64,000 nt of DNA from the human T2T-CHM13v2.0 reference genome, Homo sapiens. Both the position numbers and the translations under genes were made by a program. Positions 57,125-64,000 of the stretch are shown here, one piece after another. The notes beneath the pieces are model-generated. The model did no database searches and was not told the origin of the DNA. It saw only the letters and a list, made by a program, of their open reading frames with translations. The stretch is taken from the NCBI RefSeq assembly GCF_009914755.1, contig NC_060931.1. One strand, written 5' to 3'. Within the stretch, counting starts at the first letter, position 1; each line of letters starts with the position of its first letter.

Positions 57125-59519
57125 ATAAAAGACATATATGCACTCCCATGTTTACTGCAGCACTATTCACAATAGCCAATATTTGGAATCAACCTAAATG
57201 TCCATCAACAGATGAATGGATAAAGAAAATGTGGTACATATATAGCATGGAATATTATCCATCTATAAAAAAAGAATGAAATTCTGTCACTTACAACAAC
57301 ATGGATAGAACTGGAAGACATTAAGCAAAATAAGCCAGTCACGGAAAGACAAATTTCTTATATTCTCACTCATATGTGGGAACTAAAAATTAAAACAATT
57401 GAACTCATGGCGATAGACAGTAGAATGATGGTTACCACAGGCTGGGAAGGATAGTGGGTGGAGCAGGGCTGTGGGGATAGTTAATGAGTACAAAAATACA
57501 GATAGAATGAATCAGATTTAGTATCTGATAGCAAAACAGGGTGACTACAGTCAACTATAATTAATTATATATTTCAAAATTACTAAAAGAGTGACATTGG
57601 AATGTTCCTAACACAAATAAATGAGAAATGCTTGAGCTGACAGACAACCCAGTTATCCTGATGTGATTATTATATATTGTATGCCTATATCAAAATATCA
57701 CATGTACCCCATAAATATATACACGTACTATGTACTCATAAAATTAAAAATGTAAAAGTAATCATAAAGAAAAATTAAAATACTTGATTGCATAAAAATA
57801 AAAAAATTCATATAAGAATGAATCTCATAAAGAAATTTAAAAATGAGTGACAGATAAGGGAAAATCATTTCCAGATAGATAAATTGATAAAGATTTAAAT
57901 TATCTAAAACATAATATACAGACACTCCCTCCCCCAAAATCACCAACAGGTATAAAAAGGAAATTTTTAAGAGGAGAAATATAACTGATTAATAAACTCG
58001 TGATGTTGATAAAAACTTATATGATGTTTACCCTCAAAATAGGCAGGGAAAGTTAAATTTATGCAACAATGCAATATAATTTCTGGCTCATGAAATTGAT
58101 AAATATTATATACTAGTTAATGTAGGAAAAAAGAGATACATTGTTGGCAGGACTATAATTATTATCAATATTTAACAAAGTAATATGGAAGTTTCCATGA
58201 AATTTTAAAACCCATTTACCTGAATACATCCATTTCAATGAATTTATATACTTAAAAATACAATGTAAATTATATGTACAAACATTTTACTACCGCTTTG
58301 TTTATAAAGTAACAAGAGCTAGAAACACTCCCAATTTGTTAGTTTTCAAGAGGAGAATGTCTGTAAGTACTGTGAGATATTGTACATCTATTCACCTTAT
58401 AAATACAACGATACCTTATAAATACAATGAGGTAAGTCGGTGAGTGTTCACTTGAGAATGACTAATGTATAATGTTTAGTGAAAAAAAATCAATGAAAAT
58501 ATGTGTAAGTTCACATATTTGTTTCAAAATAAATAATTTTCAAAAACATAACTATCCCAATAAAGTTTTAAAAATGTCAAATCCTTCCACATGTCAGTCA
58601 CTATGTGTATATAACCATTATAAAAACAAGCAAAAATCATTAGAAGGTATGTTTAAATAGATAAGATATCACTTTCAGGCATGCAGAGGGAAGAGGAACC
58701 CATTCATTTTCCTTCAGATATTTCACTACTCTGTGGATTGTAATAAGAAAGAATACTACTTTTGGAATTAAAATTATTGAAATAGAATTTTAAAAGTAAA
58801 ATGAATGACCATCAAAAAATGAAAGGAAGAAAATACTGGACATGGTGATATATTCCATTTGTAATATTCTGCATTTCTCAGTCTTCTGGTAGCAATTACT
58901 TCAACAGCTGAACATTTCCCCTAAAGCCACAGAGATAGTATAAACAGACTCAAGAGTTCTGAAAAGAACAGAGGAATCATTTGGAACCAGAGAGGTCAGC
59001 AGAAAATATAGGATGTTCTGACCTAAAGTTTGATAAAGCCACAGTATGCTAGTAGGTAATGTGGATATTGCTTACTAATGATTAGCAGGACCTAAGTACT
59101 TTGATCATTAGGCCACACCAGGCATCAGCAGTGTATCTCTTGACAATGATAGCCTTGAGATCTATCTTCTCTGTAGACCATATAAAAAATAATCACACAA
59201 ATATGCTATGCTACACTGTATGCATATGCAATATCAAAGTTAAAAGATAAAAAGGCAATAGTAACAACAATATTTGAGGAACAAAAGCCTTACCCAATAT
59301 TAATTGCACTTGAATGAATTCAGAAGGAGCCAAAGGAAGCCTTACATCTTTTATACATTTTAGAAATATCAATTACTATCCAAAAGAGCCAACAATCAAA
59401 CCATCGAGACAGGGATAAAGCCCAAGACCGGGGATGTAAAACGAAATGGCTTGTGCAAAAGATAAGGTGGGAGAGTGTAACCAGAAAAAATGAACAAGTC
59501 ATAATATAAGAACAATACT

Positions 59520-59705
59520 AACCCAATATTCTAAAATGTCATTTCTATATATAATCAACAAAAATTGTTTTTGCGATATTTAACTTTTTTCATACTAAGT
59601 TTTTGAAATCAAATTTGTATTTTACACTTCAAGAACATCCTAATTTGAGTTAGCACAGCGTTCATCAGCACACGTGACCAGTGACTATTATTTCAGATCA
59701 TCTCC
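59520..59705 (+). mobile_element. MER33-like hAT-Charlie fragment
   Basis: TTTTCATACTAAGTTTTTGAAATC...TGTATTTTACACTT...CACGTGACCAGTGACTA. Confidence 0.65.
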
Positions 59706-60309
59706 AGAAAAACAGTAGCATACATGCAAACTTCGTTAGACTATTAATTGATACAACCACTGTGGAAAACAAAGTTAGAATGTGCATAACCTATGGCCCA
59801 ATAATTCAATTTCTGGGAATGTAACAAAAAAAAGACTATACAGAAAAGATAGAAGCAAAGACTTCACCACCACGACCAATGAAACACTGAGATAGTTATC
59901 ATTTTCATGGAGTAAAGTCTTTGCATGCATTGGAAAGAATATAACAGTATTTCTTGCAACTGGAACAACTATGTTTTATACACTCATACTCACTAGAAAG
60001 GCAGATAAATCATTTGAACATTGAACCATATACTTTCACCTAGGAATGGTGGCCAGTTTGTAGACTTAGCTGGAAAAAACAATTGCACAATGATTCCAGC
60101 TTCTATGCTTCTCTGAACCCCTGAATCTGCTTCATTCTTCTAAATTCAACCATGTAACAGCCATCATTATTCCAAGGGCCCCAAATGTTACCTGGATGTT
60201 ATGCATATATTTACAAATTTGTTGGTATTAAAATCCTAGCAATTACCAACTGATGCAACTTTAAGAGAGCACTGAACAAGTGGCATTATTATCTAGTACC
60301 TTAGGTTTT

Positions 60310-60500
60310 CTAAACAATATAGTAAAGAGACCACTGGCTTAACCTCTGAACTATACCTTTGTGGCTTGATAGCTACACCTCTCAGATACTCATTCTCCTA
60401 ATCTCTAAAATACAATAAAACCTATCCCACAGGGTTGTGGTGAGAAAAGTGCTTGGCACAATTGCCTCACATAGGCCAAGTCAAAATAGCTGCCCTATTA
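60310..60500 (+). mobile_element. MIR
   Basis: CCTATCCCACAGGGTTGTGGTGAG...AAAGTGCTTGGCACA. Confidence 0.55.
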
Positions 60501-61347
60501 TAATTTTTTTAAGCAGTAATTGATATCAATTTACCTTTCAAACATCGCACAGTTTTTTTTTCTGGATCATAATTAAAATCATCTATTTACGTTTAATATC
60601 TAAAATAAAAACACATGGTAATCAAAAATATAAGGCAAAGGAACAATATTACAGCACTTTTAGACTTCCAAATTAAATATTATTTTAGATATTATTCAAG
60701 TTTGGAAGGCTATAGTGAGAAAGAAATCACATACACTAGTGGTGGCAGTGTTGACTGCTATCACATTTCCAAAGAGAATTTGTTATTCCAAGGTCCTCAT
60801 CCCTTGATGTAGCAACCGTAGTACAAGTTTTCCTTGGGAAATAGTTAAAAATACTAACATTTTTGTCCAGAAAATTCATTAAAAATGACAACAGCCTAAA
60901 TCCTGAGTATAAGAAAAATGTGTATAACAAAAACATACATCCATAGAATTAGGTAATAATTATTTAAAATGTTACTTTGGGTGTTTAATTATATGGAGAA
61001 ATGTTATATGTTTACTCAGATACAGAACTACTATACAGAGTAGAACATTAACTACGTAAAAATGCATAGAAAAATGGGAACTAAGAAGAAAATTACTTTT
61101 GGCTTAAATTTATTTAAACAAAAATACAGCTTTATTTTTAATTGCTCATTGAATATTTTAACTAAATATTGCTCAATAAAAAGTACATCAAATTTATCTT
61201 AAAAATTATTGACTTAAATTTATTTCCTAATTTTTTTTTTTTAATGTCCAGCTTATAAACTTTTTATACCGACTTTAAAACTGCTATCAGGTGTATTCTT
61301 TGCCATGGGTGCCAGAAATTTTTAATTAATGTAGATGTCCATTATGT

Positions 61348-61349
61348 TT

Positions 61350-61381
<32 letters not shown>

Positions 61382-61694
61382 ATTATTTGAGACGAAGTCT
61401 CCCATTATTATTATTTGAGACGAAGTCTCTCTGTGTTGTCCACGCTGGAGTGTAGTAGGGAAAACTTAGTTCACTGCAACCTCTGTCTCCCAGGTTTAAG
61501 CAATTCTCCTTCCTCAGCTTCCTGAGTAGCTAGGACTACAGGCATGAACCACCATGCCGGCTTTCTCATATTTCTAGTAGAGACAGGATTTTGCCGTGTT
61601 GGCCAGGCTGGTCTCAAACTCCTGACCTCAAGTGATCTGCCCACTTCGGCCTCCCAGAGTGCTGGCATTACAGGCATGAGCCACTGTGCTGACC
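61348..61694 (-). mobile_element. AluS/J with (TTG)n tail and duplicated 3' end
   Basis: Dimer; TTATTATTTGAGACGAAGTCTC occurs twice; TCCATTATGT on both flanks. Confidence 0.9.
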
Positions 61695-64000
61695 AGTCTC
61701 CATTATGTAATTCTTTTGAAACTAATTAATGGTAGAATTCTTTTATCCTTATTGATTTCTTCTTATTGATAATTCTTTTAGCCTTTAATTTCTTTTGTGT
61801 GTGTGTATGTAAATGCTTTTGAGTACTGAATATATATGCTTTTTAATGTATTAAGTAATGGCCATTAAAGTAAAAGGAAGATATGTGTTTGCAAACTAAA
61901 AAATGCAGGATATCTCCACTAGGCCATTTTTGAGTATTTAATGGAAAATGTGGAAGCCACCCAGGCAGACAGAGTAAAGATCTCAAAAAATCTCAGTTAC
62001 ATCACTGGGTCTTATCTTAAAAGACTCATTTGTTGCATAGTGACAAATATCTCCTAGCAATTCCTACATTATTTAGGCCATGCACAATCATCTTGCTAAG
62101 GAAGCAAAATTATGACTCCAGGACTTCCTGAAACATGAGGAAACATATTTACTTTTAAATATTATTTTCATAGTAAAAAAGTTAGCTTAGAAAAGGGTGC
62201 TATCAACAATAAAATAAATATCCATTATGAGTAATTCTGACTCATTTTGAATTTGATTACCAGAATGACAAAAAATTCACTAGGTAAACTGATTAGGCTG
62301 TTTTTCTCAGTATGCTTCCAAATTCTGTAAGACCAGCTTTTTAAGAAAGCTCAACTGCCATTTTTAAAACTCTTTCCAATACAAGGTATTTTCTGACTTG
62401 GCAGAAATTAAAGCCTAAAAGAATTGTCTCTTGCTGTCAGAGGTTAACGGATCATATTGCCATTTATACAAACTGGGCATCAATCAGTTAAACAGTAAGG
62501 CTTAGGTTGAGGTCTGGCTGCACCCCAGGGCCTGCAGGCAGCCGTTGGCACTCCTCAGGTACAGTGGGAGGTGTTATGTATGAGACAGGAAACAACCTTA
62601 GCGACAGGTGTGTTTGATTAATGAAGGAGAAAGAGGGAAACCATCTACAGCTTCCCAACCAATGACAAAATATGACGAGCTCTTCTCACAACCGGAGAAA
62701 CAGAATAGCCAAAGGGAGAGGGGGCCAGGGTGGCACCAGCAGGAAAAATGTCCTGTCTCACAGCAACCAGTACAGGAGAAGCAGAAGCTTGTATTAGAGA
62801 GTTGGACATACTTCATAAGAAAATAAATGAAATTATTGAATCTTTTCTTGAGGGAATACCATTTATTTGGACTTCAGGCCTAAAATCTGAGTATTTTCAG
62901 AATGTCCCCTCTGAGACTGGCATGGAAGTACGGTACTAACCAGCCAAGCAGAAAATATTAGGTCACAAGAAACATATTACAAGCAGAATAAGGAAAACAT
63001 AGACACACAACAAAGATCTAGGAGGAGATGCTTTCCTAACTCCTGAGAGAAATGAAGAAAGATTTATTAGTAGGAACACTGACATTGTACCATGAATTAC
63101 ACCTGTTAATAGTATTTACAGTTTGCTGGATACATATACATCTATACATAAGAGTATATGTATATATGTTTATATATGTATATGTGTACAAAGGTATATA
63201 TATGCATATATACACACATATGCAAACACATGCCATTCTTTTCAACTAACTCCTTTTGCCATTTTTCCAAAGTCCTATGGAGTAATGATAGAGACTACCT
63301 GAACATGTAATAACTCAGCTAACCTTTATTCATTCCCCTGATGCCAAGTGAACTTTACCTAGAAACCAGAGGTCACCAAGATCTTATACTAACTGAAAAC
63401 TTCATGTACATTAGCATAGTCAAGGTAAGCCAGGAATACTAGTTGCTTTTGTTAGATCTTCTTCCCTTCTGAAACCTAATCTTCCAAATTCAAAGAAACT
63501 GCCACAGAGCAAAATAATTTGAACAATGAATGATTATCTAATACGATCACTCACATTTGAAGTATGACCTCATCTAACCTGTCTAAATACTTGAGACAAT
63601 TTAGATTTTCAAACTATTCAAAGTACTGAAATTCCACACATGTCCTTTGTAATTCTCTGCTTCATTCAAGAAATCTCCTTTCCAAATTACCACTTTCAAA
63701 ATATAATTTGCCAACACACAGAAAATCAAAGACTTCCCTGAAAGGTGTATTGTCTTTCTACCCAAGGAACTCTCATTAGACTTCCAAATATTGACAGAAT
63801 TCTAATAATTACTATAATTCAGATGCACACATACATATGTATGCATATCCATACACATATATGTAAAATTTTAAGTTATAGTGCTCAACTCATACTACAC
63901 ACCCATTTTTAAGTGTGTAAAAATATACTTTAAATGCAAAAAGTATAGTTTTGTTTTTAGAAATGCAGTTTGCTTCATAACTTCATTGTGTTGATACTAT

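Overview
Hominoid (human or ape) AT-rich genomic DNA, identified by about 18 Alus, L1PA/L1PB/L1MA/L1MC/L1ME fragments and an old SVA. It looks intronic or intergenic. I can support no protein-coding gene: the longer ORFs in the track are mostly Alu-, L1-, SVA- or low-complexity-derived, and I recognise no gene symbol. Much of the window is interspersed repeat. The largest structure is a nested stack at 49.2-58.7 kb: an old L1ME holds a near full-length L1MA, which holds five Alu insertions and an SVA. The best-supported unusual events are retrotransposition products: an L1PA 3' transduction carrying an older L1PB fragment inside one 20-bp TSD, a twin-priming L1 inversion, a left-monomer-only AluY with its own TSD, and a roughly 55-nt L1 insertion. 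More speculative is a cluster of splice-site-bounded exon candidates in unique DNA at 9-23.5 kb, on both strands, including a 15-nt microexon. I found no convincing new biological system. Subfamily names come from remembered consensus sequences, and the boundaries of old repeats are approximate.
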